A stretch of 64,000 nt of DNA from Bacillota bacterium (GCA_021783135.1 JAJXUE010000003.1:51085-115084), one strand, 5' to 3'. Positions 28,901 through 38,189 are shown, numbered from the stretch's first letter. Translations and numbers: made by a program. The notes: generated from the letters alone by a model not told the origin.

Positions 28901-29570
28901 CGGGACAGGTGTGGTCGGCATGGACATAGAAACTCAAATTCAAGCCGACGGCTTTAAGAACATCACCCGGTTGGGTGGAGCCGACCGCTATGCTACCTCG
29001 GTGCAGATTGCGCAAGCGGAAGGCGTTGCGACCGGGACACCGATAGTATTAGTCTCAGGCGAAAACTACCCGGACGCACTGTCCGTCAGCAGTGTGGCGG
29101 GGCAGAGGCATTTTCCCATCTTGTTGGTTCAAAATGACGGGATTAGTGAGAGCGTCAGCCAGGAAATTGCCGCCATCAAGCCTAGTAAGGTGTTTATCAT
29201 CGGGGGCGAAGGGGTGATCATCCCGGCCTTGGAAAACCAGGTCGCGCATCTCACCGGCTTAGCGCAAGCCAACATCGTAAGGATTGGGGGAGCCGACCGC
29301 TATGCAACCTCACTGGCAGTAGCTCAATACTTCAACTTGACCGGACAAATTGTCTGTGTGTCTACCGGCAGCAACTACCCGGACGCCCTAGCCGGTAGTG
29401 TCTATGCGGCTAAACACAATGCTCCGATTATCCTAGCGCACGGCAGCTTGCCGGATCAGACTGTGAATTATCTAAAGAGCAAAAACCTAACCGAAGCGAT
29501 TATATTCGGCGGAGATGCTGCCGTCAGTCAAAGTATTGAAGAACAATTAGATCAGCTGATTGGACATTAA
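25959..29570 (+). CDS. Secreted cell-wall-binding repeat 2 (CWB2) surface protein with Gly-rich repeats and FN3 domains
   Basis: Signal peptide, GAGIGGG repeats, GL.P.T.Y.YRV FN3 motifs, three R..G.DRY.TS / YPDAL CWB2 repeats. Confidence 0.88.
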   Translation: MRNKYVALAMVVALCFLTFLPGYTPNAMANTNPYTYDISQGNITISAGTTSGTIQVQYGSGQTVNITTSQSITIIDSSPSTPTANCVTVDVNLGTLNITLEDVNISGTSPFSIGSGTNVDLTLVGQNTLNADSIGYPGLNIGPGSTLEVTAASTGSLTALGGSASSSGAGIGGGGNSSNGGGNCGTVTINGGTVTAIGGSGTQGGAGIGGGGGLDNGGSGGTVTINGGTVTATGGSGGGAGIGGGGGGYVLSVGTLTINGGSVKASSIQPTVYDSSNNQEYPVTISGLPASAGMSYSVNGGSSVSCSTDASNNLYLWLPQTTGPADTVLITSSGTQYLASVAVSDTSANNFTAKVLPAVTTNTATNITSSGATLNGTINANGDSTTVTFDYGTSTSYGSTTPASLSPVTGSTDTTVSAVITGLLPNTTYHYRVEGVNSGGTTDGLDETFTTLAVPISDFAITAKTSSTATFTWTAASGATGIIIQQSPSGANTWTTASTIAGSIAVDSATATVPGLSPATGYDFKLAVTGGANAGNSDSVTVTTDAAPPTPILTDLTLSGTIPNLSVGQAVYNLNNLSLSGTDQFGAPFGLSGQTVQWNLASGNSYASLTGSTLTPLNTGSGTVTATIYGVTSNGLGFIVIAPSHSGGGGGSHGSSLISPTSSTVTGSVSNGTTGANIANITATITTDASGNDTVSMNAGQLAVLREPDGTTSPLSDLTQVGFTSSTGKSVPIAADGTVQMAGLARGTDNNYNITYDLGNGQTITIGTLEIKIDSGGNVTLSENLIDPYGLITDAATGKTLAGVNVTLYYADTARNKAAGKSPNTAVALPGIAGFKPNNNHDPQTSDVNGAYGFMVFPDTDYYIVATKYGYVQYTSPTISVGHEIVHWDFKMSPASGVTRQAGQSRVDTALAIAKAEYPGKIENAVLTIADTYPDALAGSVLAYQMNAPILLVENSTAEQAKVLTYLKDNLDTAGTVYILGGTGVVGMDIETQIQADGFKNITRLGGADRYATSVQIAQAEGVATGTPIVLVSGENYPDALSVSSVAGQRHFPILLVQNDGISESVSQEIAAIKPSKVFIIGGEGVIIPALENQVAHLTGLAQANIVRIGGADRYATSLAVAQYFNLTGQIVCVSTGSNYPDALAGSVYAAKHNAPIILAHGSLPDQTVNYLKSKNLTEAIIFGGDAAVSQSIEEQLDQLIGH
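26455..26700 (+). repeat. Coding internal repeats (GAGIGGGG / GTVTINGGTVTA)
   Basis: GCCGGCATCGG three times; ACAGTGACCATCAACGGGGG twice. Confidence 0.8.
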
Positions 29571-29583
29571 ACACTACAACACA

Positions 29584-29617
29584 TAACCCCCCGTTTCGAG
29601 CTCGAAGCGGGGGGTTA
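29584..29617. terminator. Bidirectional terminator
   Basis: TAACCCCCCGTTTCGAG-CTCGAAGCGGGGGGTTA between convergent genes. Confidence 0.8.
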
Positions 29618-29621
29618 ATAT

Positions 29622-30239
29622 TTAATGAATTCGGCGAAACACGCCAATAACTTTACCTAAAATTGCGACGTCTTTAACTAATATTGGCTCCATAAACTGG
29701 TTTTCCGGTTGTAACCTGAAATGGTCACGTTCCTTGAAAAAACGTTTAACGGTGGCCTCATCTTCAAGCAAAGCAACAACAATTTCACCATTGCGAGCCG
29801 TGTTTTGCTGTCTGACCAACACGAAATCTTCATCTAAAATACCGGCTTCAACCATACTTTCACCACTAACCCTTAACATGAATACGTCTTCACTGCGGAC
29901 GAAATCCTTAGGAAGTGGAAAACTGTCTTCGATATTTTGCACTGCCAAGATAGGCTGCCCAGCAGTGACTCTACCAACGATAGGAACGTCGATCAATTGT
30001 TTCCTTGAATTAGAACCGTCATTGCCGACTAACACTTCAATTGCACGTGGTTTAGTAGGATCACGCCGAATATAACCCTTCTTTTCCAAAACGTTTAAGT
30101 GTCCGTGTACTGTACTACTTGAGTTCAGCCCCACGGCTTCGCCAATTTCCCTTACAGCTGGCGGGTAACCCTTCGATTTAATGTTCTTACGGATAAAATC
30201 CAAGATTTGCACTTGTCGCGAATTTAGATCTTCATACAT
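29622..30239 (-). CDS. lexA: SOS repressor LexA
   Basis: GYPP.VREIG, VTAG cleavage site, GESM, ATVKRF. Confidence 0.97.
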   Translation of the reverse strand: MYEDLNSRQVQILDFIRKNIKSKGYPPAVREIGEAVGLNSSSTVHGHLNVLEKKGYIRRDPTKPRAIEVLVGNDGSNSRKQLIDVPIVGRVTAGQPILAVQNIEDSFPLPKDFVRSEDVFMLRVSGESMVEAGILDEDFVLVRQQNTARNGEIVVALLEDEATVKRFFKERDHFRLQPENQFMEPILVKDVAILGKVIGVFRRIH

Positions 30240-30297
30240 AGGATAACCTCCCCACCCTTATATCCATGGATAATTATACCATGGATATAACAATTTT

Positions 30298-30380
30298 CAA
30301 ACATCTGTTCGAATTTATTTTTAATTTTGTTGACAACAAACAAGTGTTCCATTACAATAAAAATATAGAACGTACGTTTA
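30298..30380. promoter_or_regulatory. Three LexA (SOS) boxes and SigA promoter between lexA and yneA
   Basis: CAAACATCTGTTCG 30298-30311, CAAACAAGTGTTCC 30337-30350, AGAACGTACGTTTA 30367-30380; TTGACA-17-TACAAT at 30330-30358. Confidence 0.85.
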
Positions 30381-30390
30381 GGAGGGTGCT

Positions 30391-30684
30391 GTGATGAAAC
30401 ACTATAAGCGATGGAATCCTAGGAACTTGCTTGTTTTGTTGTCGGTGCTGATGCTTACGGCAGTTGTCATTAATATTTTTAGTGTAGTAACACCGACTGA
30501 GGCTGCAGGGAATAAAGTGTGCAGGAGTATAATTGTGCAAAATGGAGATAATTTATGGCGCCTCGCCCAAAAATATAAACCGGACCAAGACCCTAGACTG
30601 GTCATAGCCAGCATTGAAAAAATCAATCGCCTTTCGGACGAGACGATTCTGCCAGGCGAGGTACTGCAAATTCCGCTGAATTAA
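30391..30684 (+). CDS. yneA: LysM-domain SOS cell division inhibitor, YneA-like
   Basis: TM helix + LysM (VQNGDNLWRLA...I.PGE.L.IP); divergent from lexA. Confidence 0.8.
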   Translation: MMKHYKRWNPRNLLVLLSVLMLTAVVINIFSVVTPTEAAGNKVCRSIIVQNGDNLWRLAQKYKPDQDPRLVIASIEKINRLSDETILPGEVLQIPLN

Positions 30685-30909
30685 TTATGTGAGTAATTTA
30701 TGGACTAATTTATTGTACTAATAAAATCAATTAACTTCGCGTGATCTTTGAATCGCTTGCGGTTAGGGGCCAATTCTTTTTTTGAGGATTGGCTCTATTT
30801 TTATATTTAAGCATAGCTTATAGCTCAAATAATAAGCTCTAGCCAATTGTGAGTTTGCATTAACCCTTGTATTGAGGAATAAGGTAAACACAGGGGTGAA
30901 GTACAATAG

Positions 30910-31773
30910 ATGGCTGTTATCATCCGAAAACCAATCAAGAAGTATATAGCCTTTTTTTTGCTTGCATTGATGGGTGGATCAGTTTTAGCGGGGCTTTGGC
31001 TTGTAAAACAACGCAATTTAAAACAGAGCCAAAGCTACGAACTTCTTGCCGCAATGCCAAGTTCCTTCGTGAATTCCTGTCAAAAAGCATCTTTGCAATA
31101 CAATGTCCCTTGGGAGTTGTTGGCTTCTGTATATCAAGTAAGTGCGGAACATGGTTTAGGTAAACAACTTAATGAAGATGAAGATATTGAAAATATAGCA
31201 AAGGCCATATCGCAAAGCAAAGCTAGAAATTCTCTCAACCTTGACACAACTATCATCATGCATAGCATGAACGTGCCCTTCAGTATTGCCCTGGAAATCA
31301 GGGCACGTGGCCGTTTAATAGCTAACAAGTCGTACCTGTATTCCGGCGCATACAGCTTCCCGTATGCAGTGGCACCTTACTATACAGATACCTGGGGAGC
31401 TGATAGGGCAGGGGGCCGCAAACACGAAGGTACAGATTTGTTCCTGCCAGAAGGAACCCCGATATATTCAGTTTGTAGTGGCAAAGTGGAAAAACTGGGA
31501 TGGAACAAGTTGGGTGGGGAAAGGGTAGGCATAAGGGGGAATGATCAAATTTACTATTACTACGCACATCTCGCCGAAATCAATCCTGACTTATATACCG
31601 GGATGAAAGTAAACCGGGGAGCCTTACTGGGGTATACTGGTCACACCGGCGATGCGATAGCTACTCCCGACCATTTGCACTTTGGTATGGAGCTTCCAGG
31701 CGGAAAGTGGATAAATCCATACAACTTCTTGCGTTATTGGCAGGTGGCGAACGTACTGCCTATATCAAAGTAA
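30910..31773 (+). CDS. M23 family peptidase
   Basis: HEGTD, YYAHL, HLHFG. Confidence 0.88.
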   Translation: MAVIIRKPIKKYIAFFLLALMGGSVLAGLWLVKQRNLKQSQSYELLAAMPSSFVNSCQKASLQYNVPWELLASVYQVSAEHGLGKQLNEDEDIENIAKAISQSKARNSLNLDTTIIMHSMNVPFSIALEIRARGRLIANKSYLYSGAYSFPYAVAPYYTDTWGADRAGGRKHEGTDLFLPEGTPIYSVCSGKVEKLGWNKLGGERVGIRGNDQIYYYYAHLAEINPDLYTGMKVNRGALLGYTGHTGDAIATPDHLHFGMELPGGKWINPYNFLRYWQVANVLPISK

Positions 31774-31858
31774 ACTTACCCATAAGACCCAGTCCTAGGA
31801 CTAGACCCAATCCTAACGCAATCCCAAATACACAGCAAATAAAGTAAAATTATTCCAC

Positions 31859-31914
31859 AAAACACTTGTTCATACACCGGGTTATATGGTATATTTAGTG
31901 CAAACAAATGTTCT
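31859..31914. promoter_or_regulatory. Two LexA boxes
   Basis: AAAACACTTGTTCA 31859-31872, CAAACAAATGTTCT 31901-31914. Confidence 0.65.
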
Positions 31915-31926
31915 ATATAGGAGGGG

Positions 31927-32133
31927 ATGCACATGACTCTCAGTTTAGAGCAGCAGGATAAATTACGCCAGGTAATCAAAAAGAAGGAAATTCAACTTAA
32001 CAAAAAGAATATCCGGGTGAAGAGCGGAGAGCTATGGTATAGGGCAATACTAATTATGTTAAGTGGTGGAACTTTTCAGGCGATACTACAAAGCCTCGAA
32101 TCTTATCCACAAGAAAGAATATTTGTTGCATGA
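31927..32133 (+). CDS. Small basic hypothetical protein (SOS-regulated candidate)
   Basis: RBS AGGAGGGG; SOS boxes upstream. Confidence 0.65.
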   Translation: MHMTLSLEQQDKLRQVIKKKEIQLNKKNIRVKSGELWYRAILIMLSGGTFQAILQSLESYPQERIFVA

Positions 32134-32199
32134 GCACACTGTGCCACTATACACATCTTACGCATACTCATAAGATTGCCGTACGGGGGAGATACGAGC

Positions 32200-33078
32200 T
32201 TGTTAAAGTCTTTTGTGGCCATAATCATTTTATCGTTATTTATGATACTTAGTTTAAGTGTTAAGTTGAACGCGGCTCAATCAATTAGCGGTTGGCAGTC
32301 GGATGGAGAAGGAGTTATAATTATTAATGGCATCAGTACCGCTATAATATATGCGCATAATGCTGAGGTCAAAATGGCTCCAGCCAGCCTCACCAAGTTA
32401 ATGACTGCATTGTTAGTTGTCAACAAAGATAAGCTTACCGATATAGTGACGCTCGGGACGGAAGTTCAAGGAGTAGAAGGTTCTGTAATTGGCTTAAAGC
32501 CAGGGGATAGGATTACGGTAGAGAACCTATTGTATGCTTTATTAGTGCATTCAGGTAACGACACAGCAAATGCACTTGCTGTGCATACAGACGGAAGCTT
32601 GCCAAAATTTGTTGCAGAAATGAACAATAAGTGCAAGCAAATGGGCCTTGCATCAACAAATTTCGTTAATCCGCACGGACTGCCGGCACCAAATCACTAT
32701 TCAACAGCACACGACATAAGTCAGATAGCACAAATCGCTATGTCAAACCCGATCATTCGTAAAATAGTCGCTACCAGGGAGCACACGATTACTTGGCAGA
32801 AGGCAAATGGAAAAACATATAGTATGTTATTGCGTAATACGAATTCCTTTTTAGGTGTTTATCCCGGCGTGATTGGTGTAAAAACTGGTACGACTACCGA
32901 AGCCGGGCAATGTTTGGTTACAGACGCTCAGTGGGGAAGTGCCAATGTCATTATAGTCGTACTGAAAAGTCAAAACAGATTTAAAGATACCCTACATTAT
33001 CTTGATTTAACGTATGAAGACCTGGTGTTGAAAGAAGCTCAGTTTAACATACTAAGACAACGAGGTCTTAACAATTAG
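32200..33078 (+). CDS. D-alanyl-D-alanine carboxypeptidase (peptidase S11, DacB-like)
   Basis: PASLTK, SGND, NPHGL, KTG. Confidence 0.9.
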   Translation: MLKSFVAIIILSLFMILSLSVKLNAAQSISGWQSDGEGVIIINGISTAIIYAHNAEVKMAPASLTKLMTALLVVNKDKLTDIVTLGTEVQGVEGSVIGLKPGDRITVENLLYALLVHSGNDTANALAVHTDGSLPKFVAEMNNKCKQMGLASTNFVNPHGLPAPNHYSTAHDISQIAQIAMSNPIIRKIVATREHTITWQKANGKTYSMLLRNTNSFLGVYPGVIGVKTGTTTEAGQCLVTDAQWGSANVIIVVLKSQNRFKDTLHYLDLTYEDLVLKEAQFNILRQRGLNN

Positions 33079-33129
33079 GTTTAATTATTAAAGGAAAATT
33101 CAGCTTGTTGTAACAACGGGAGGGTTAAC

Positions 33130-33297
33130 TTGGTTAAGATGTGTGTTTTGGAAAATAAGGTTTGCATCGACTGCGGACAATGTAACTATTGTGATCTCGA
33201 CGCGAACAAGATCTGTGACAATTGCTGTAAATGTATGGGTGATGCGGAATACCGCGCCTTAGAAATTGACGCCATTTTACTCGATGTGGATAAATAG
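33130..33297 (+). CDS. 55-aa Cys-rich protein (9 Cys)
   Basis: RBS GGGAGG + TTG; MVKMCVLENKVCIDCGQCNYCDLDANKICDNCCKCMGDAEYRALEIDAILLDVDK; below ORF-track cutoff. Confidence 0.8.
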   Translation: MVKMCVLENKVCIDCGQCNYCDLDANKICDNCCKCMGDAEYRALEIDAILLDVDK

Positions 33298-33519
33298 GGA
33301 GATTTGATTAATTTCACTATTTGCTTGCGTGATTGTCCGAAGGCTATTAGACCTAAACTGCCAGACAGGAATGATAACGATAAATATATTATGTAACCTA
33401 AAGCCTAAGGCTATTGTGTGGCTGATCAATAATGACCAGTGTCAATATTTTTAAATGCTTAAAATTAATTCTTAGCTCAAGCTACACATAGCACATGCAT
33501 AACCATATATTTAAAAAAT

Positions 33520-33577
33520 AAGGGATAATCAAACAAAGTTGTTTGCAGTCAACAAACGACTTTGTTTGATTATCCTT
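33520..33577. repeat. Long inverted repeat (23 bp arms)
   Basis: GGATAATCAAACAAAGTTGTTTG / CAAACGACTTTGTTTGATTATCC, one mismatch. Confidence 0.8.
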
Positions 33578-33759
33578 AAGTATTTTAGGCACATTAATTT
33601 ATGCGTACGATAACCAGATTGATTTAGGCATAAACAGGCATAAACAGACTTGAACTGATTTGCTTAAATTAGCGCAGCCGAGAATCAGGGTCATATGATA
33701 ATTCACAGCAAGTAACTTTGGTTATAAGTGAATTGATCTAGGCACTGGCTTAATCAATA

Positions 33760-33787
33760 ACGTCCCATAATAAGTATTATGTAAACT
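33760..33787. other. dif site (Xer chromosome dimer resolution)
   Basis: ACGTCCCATAA-TAAGTA-TTATGTAAACT; right arm identical to the B. subtilis dif arm; lies at the gene-strand switch. Confidence 0.85.
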
Positions 33788-33858
33788 AGAATAAAAATTA
33801 GGTTGTATTGAGCGGTCTGTCTTCTACTAGCGGGTTTTTGTCATCGGAGCGTTATGCT

Positions 33859-34599
33859 TTAGCCCAGTCTTTCAACTGTCAACAGCGCAGCAATGGCAAC
33901 TTCAATTTGTTTATCACTTGGTTCTTTGGTGACAATATATTTCTGAATCAAGCCCCCTGCTTTATAAAATGGTACGGTCCACTGCTTAAACTTTTTCAGC
34001 TTGAACAATTCATACCCAATACCGAGACCCAAGAAGAATTGGAGTAATGCTGAATCAGGAATTTGTGCTAACAAAAACATTACTGGCCATACAAACATCA
34101 ACATGTTAGTTCCGCAATTATCGCACACACGACTATATTTTCGGACGTTCTCTATACTTAGAATTTGACCATCTTTGTAGGCATTGAAAGTTTTATGTTC
34201 TGCGCCATGATACCGCCACACGTCACTTAAGCCAAAGTAACCAGCTACTATTGCAAGAACTAACAGAAAATAGGCAACAGTATTCGTCCAGTATGGGATG
34301 GGTACAGCAGGAACTTGGGTCATCGTTTCGTTGGGTATGAAAGCTAATGTAACACTGCCGAGCAAACTGATAAGCAGCAAAATTACCATTAGTTTAAGGT
34401 TCATTTGAAACAGAATAGTAGCTCCGCGTAAAACAGGTATTCTCCTGATTACATTAAAGACTCGCCTATAGGGTACTGTTGTTTTTTTTATAGTAATCGT
34501 ATCTGTTGCTTTATCTCTGGTAGCTTTTGCTATATGCGAAGCTGATATGAATTTAACCCCGTTGGGAAAGGCCTGACCGCCCAATACCTGCATTTTCAA
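33859..34599 (-). CDS. DUF1385 (YqhQ-like) membrane protein
   Basis: GGQA..NGV, YHGAEHK, CGTN, TKEP...Q.EVAI. Confidence 0.85.
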   Translation of the reverse strand: MKMQVLGGQAFPNGVKFISASHIAKATRDKATDTITIKKTTVPYRRVFNVIRRIPVLRGATILFQMNLKLMVILLLISLLGSVTLAFIPNETMTQVPAVPIPYWTNTVAYFLLVLAIVAGYFGLSDVWRYHGAEHKTFNAYKDGQILSIENVRKYSRVCDNCGTNMLMFVWPVMFLLAQIPDSALLQFFLGLGIGYELFKLKKFKQWTVPFYKAGGLIQKYIVTKEPSDKQIEVAIAALLTVERLG

Positions 34600-34923
34600 T
34601 CTTCTCCTGTCTCTTTCACTGCATCAAATACATATATATGCCGCAACGAGTGCCCCTCTTGACGTTAGTTGAAACAATGATAATAAAAACATACTGAACT
34701 TCATGTGGTTAATGATAACATAGCTCCTAATTTACGCAATACCGCAATAGTAAAATCCACCTACCAATAATGGTGAGTGGATTACAATGCCTGTTTGATT
34801 GAACTTAAGCAGAGTATAGCAACAATATATAGCCATATTTTACCTGCTGAAATATGGCAAGTTTAAGCTCAACCCTCACATATCCTATCCTAAAGATATG
34901 TGATTTAGAGGAGGTATCTTTGC

Positions 34924-35901
34924 TTGGCTATTGTGAATTGGAGAGCAAACGTCAAAAATCTGGTAGTCAAACCGTACTGGGTACTCGGCTACACAACCCA
35001 AGACTTTCCTGGAGACAACAGTTCCTTAAATACTATCCAGCAACACGGTTCTCTTATTGACGCATATGCCGATTTCGCCTACCGTATATTTCCTAACGCA
35101 ACATTTACGGGACAAATTAATACACAAATCTTACAAGAGGCTACATATCTAAATATTGCCCCACTCATTCTCTTTCATAATTTTTACGCTTCGAGATTCG
35201 ATCCCCACCCTTTAATTGTCATGTTATCTTCACCATTTCTGCAGCAATTGTGTATTAATAATATATTAAAAGTCTTACCAGCTAATGCGGCAGGCATATA
35301 TCTAGATTTTGAAGCGATACCTGCCCACTTGAGTATTCCTTATATTAACTTTCTTGAGTCCCTAAGTGTCAGACTACATGCCGAAGGCCTTTTACTAGCT
35401 ATAGCTGTGCCTGCCAAGATTGATCATTGGCAGGGTCCAGGCTATGATTTTCAAAGGATCGGTAATTTATGTGATTCAGTCACCGTCATGACCTATGATG
35501 AACATTTTGCGGGCGGACCGCCTGGACCCATAGCTAGTATACCTTGGATGACTCAATGCTTGAATTACGCAACAAGATTGATTCCCAGAGAAAAGATTCT
35601 AATCGGAATCCCTGTCTATGGGTACGACTGGTCATACGGGCAAGCGAAAATGATTCCTATGAAAGAAATCTCTGCACTAGTTGCAAAAACCAAGGCCAAT
35701 GTCCTTTGGTCTGACTCTGCAGCCGAACCTTATTTTTTCTACTGGCAGCAAGGGGTAAAGCACACCGTTTGGTTCGAAAACGATACATCCATAAAAATAC
35801 GTTTAGGTCTTGTGAAAAAATATAATGTTAGGGGAATCGCTATCTGGAGATTGGGTTATGAATCAAAAGGTTTCTGGCAAAGCGTTGGTGCCGAATTATA
35901 G
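34924..35901 (+). CDS. Glycosyl hydrolase family 18 (spore cortex hydrolase-like)
   Basis: GIYLDFE, MTYDEH, GPIAS..W, GIP.YGYDW, GIAIWRLG. Confidence 0.85.
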   Translation: MAIVNWRANVKNLVVKPYWVLGYTTQDFPGDNSSLNTIQQHGSLIDAYADFAYRIFPNATFTGQINTQILQEATYLNIAPLILFHNFYASRFDPHPLIVMLSSPFLQQLCINNILKVLPANAAGIYLDFEAIPAHLSIPYINFLESLSVRLHAEGLLLAIAVPAKIDHWQGPGYDFQRIGNLCDSVTVMTYDEHFAGGPPGPIASIPWMTQCLNYATRLIPREKILIGIPVYGYDWSYGQAKMIPMKEISALVAKTKANVLWSDSAAEPYFFYWQQGVKHTVWFENDTSIKIRLGLVKKYNVRGIAIWRLGYESKGFWQSVGAEL

Positions 35902-36047
35902 AACTAGTTTTCCAACTCATACATAGCGAGGCTTGCTACTGTATCCCCCTTGGTTAGGCCCCTAGCTGATAGATGCATAGCCAGACTTAAAGATTGGGAA
36001 CATAGCGTTTCCATAAGCTTCACCCCCCCATATTTACTGAAATAGAA

Positions 36048-36722
36048 CTACTCATAGATCTTTTCGTCTGTCAAATGAGCATTAACCGCATCTGCTGCGT
36101 AATCCCTTTTGTTGCCGACTTGGCCAGCCAACTCCTTATAATACTCATGTTGAATAATTATGTCCATCACTTCGTTGGTCCCTGTCCAAATCATTATCAG
36201 GCGAGTATCTCTAAGCAAACGTTCTATAAGATAAACGTAGGTGTAGCCAATACCTCCCATGATTTGCATCGCCGCATTGACTACGGACCAGCAGGTTTCC
36301 GTGGCAAATTTCTTAGCTTCAGAGACCAGTCTCCTTGCTCTAGGTCCTTCTATTCCGGCATCAATGGCCCTTGCGGTGGATTTTAAAAAATGTGCTTTTA
36401 GTTCAGGACTGCCAAATTTATTAATTGCTTCACCTACAATTGCAGGCAAGGAGTAAAGGCACGCCAAACTGGTACCTAGGGTGCCAATCTCCTCCAAAGC
36501 CACAACCTCATCCGACCAGGCCAGACCTCTACCGTTTAACTCTGGAGGAAAACGCAAGCCTAATAAATTAGCATCGCCAAGTTATTTCATGTATTCCTTG
36601 GGGTAAGTAATTTTTTCCGCATCCATATCGAGAATTAACTCTTTGGAGACTTTGTGTTTGACAAAATCGGTTACCTCTTGCGCTAACTTAAGTTGACCGG
36701 CGTTAAGCATAAAATCAAACAT
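36048..36722 (-). pseudogene. Acyl-CoA dehydrogenase pseudogene
   Basis: MFDFMLN... start; in-frame TAA at 36582-36584; N-terminus joined to C-terminal motifs (QIMGGIGY, ERLLRD, IWTGTNE) with the middle missing. Confidence 0.85.
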
Positions 36723-36802
36723 AACACAATCCGGATTATCGGATTTTTCACCTCCCCGTTGTATTCAAATACTAATTAAGAATACCTGTTATCATTGTGA
36801 CC

Positions 36803-37315
36803 TTACAGTTCCCTCTTCGAACGCCTTTTTATAGGAAAGCTTTTATCCAAAAGCGTAGCAAAGTCTTCCTCCTTAGGTGCCTTTTCCTTTGACACCGGCT
36901 GCTGAGTTTCGGGAGGCTTCGTATCAAAGCCAGTACTATTGACCCAGCGGTCAAGATGATTCTGCAGTCCATTAAATATTTCTGCATCCTTATCCTTCTT
37001 AGTTTTGCTGGGGGCATTGTTTTCGCGCAGTACGCGGTTAACTAAATTTCGCACCTCATCTGCCGTATTTGCTTGTTGGGCCGTAATGATATAAACCGTA
37101 ATCCCCTCAGCTTCGATGTATTCCTGCCGCGCTTTATCAATAAGCTGCCTCTTTGTCTCAATATGGTGCGGTCCATAAACTTCGATACAAACTTTCAATT
37201 TAGGCAAGAAAATATCTAATGTATAGGGACCAACAGAATACTGGTAATATACGGATAAGCCCGATTTCTTAAATGCCTTGCCAACCTTTTCTTCACTTTT
37301 GTTCGGACTACCCAT
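36803..37315 (-). CDS. DUF559 / Vsr-like PD-(D/E)XK domain protein
   Basis: SEEK...QY.VGPY.LD......IEV.G.HH...D..R. Confidence 0.75.
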   Translation of the reverse strand: MGSPNKSEEKVGKAFKKSGLSVYYQYSVGPYTLDIFLPKLKVCIEVYGPHHIETKRQLIDKARQEYIEAEGITVYIITAQQANTADEVRNLVNRVLRENNAPSKTKKDKDAEIFNGLQNHLDRWVNSTGFDTKPPETQQPVSKEKAPKEEDFATLLDKSFPIKRRSKREL

Positions 37316-37391
37316 CCTATCACTCCTTAACTTAAACTATTTTAAGTCATTATACCGTCACCCTGGAATCGAGAAATCATAAATTTCCAAC

Positions 37392-37730
37392 CTAATCCCC
37401 AAGCAACATAGTTCTGTCATATATTGCACGCTTCGCTAAATCTTCCGGTAAGTTAGTCAAATTTTCGGGCTGGTCGGTTGCACTATTTTTGCCCATTTTC
37501 GGTATCTCTTTATTTCGTATTTGTTTCGTTTTTATTTGGTTCCTAGTTTTGGCGTTTTCTGCTTTAAAATACCGTTTAAGTTGATACATCAGTTCGCGAC
37601 GTCCCCGTTTGGGCCTGGCAAGGGCTAGCTTGCGCACAGGGCAAATTGGAGCAATTGGTTTAATTTTTCCTACGTGTTCATCCACACTTTCTACCTCATT
37701 GACCGTAGTGACCAAATTCGGTCTGCACAA
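37392..37730 (-). CDS. Basic hypothetical protein
   Basis: ORF only; start uncertain. Confidence 0.4.
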   Translation of the reverse strand: MCRPNLVTTVNEVESVDEHVGKIKPIAPICPVRKLALARPKRGRRELMYQLKRYFKAENAKTRNQIKTKQIRNKEIPKMGKNSATDQPENLTNLPEDLAKRAIYDRTMLLGD

Positions 37731-37959
37731 AATATTCCCTATTACAGCGATAATTCAACATGTTAGCGTGAGATTCCTTGTAGAAATCATGGTACAAAAA
37801 CAAAAAACCAGAGCGTTCCACTGTGCACCCCTTCCCAGTTAACAGATTATAATTACCTATATCTGTTAACCTAAAGAAGAGCACACCAGTCCACGTTCTG
37901 GCAGTCGCCAATATTCACCGTTATAAACCAATCTCCCAAATTTAATATCTATTCTTAAA

Positions 37960-38145
37960 TTACATGTTTGAAGGCTCGATACCTTGTAACCGCAACAGCA
38001 TGTTGACTTGGCGCAGCAAAAAACCAATCGAGTTTTTGTAACCTTCAAGCTTGAAATTAAGCGCAGCTTCCGATAGACCTGCATAGCAAAGCAGGAACCT
38101 ATCCCTTAAATCATTAACAAATGCAAATTGTTCGCTAACGCTCAC
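37960..38145 (-). pseudogene. DinB/DUF664-like remnant
   Basis: N-terminal L.F....NSIG.LL fused directly to C-terminal Q.N.LLRLQG.EP. Confidence 0.5.
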
Positions 38146-38189
38146 TAGCTACCACTCCATTGTACCCATTACCTAGTACAACTTAGCTT

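Noticed and set aside
22330-29617. Prophage/ICE call for the GC-rich island
   Set aside because: No integrase, transposase, tRNA target or clear att repeats seen.
31776-31979. 67-aa - strand ORF
   Set aside because: It overlaps promoter DNA; IEHLFA is simply a translated SOS box.
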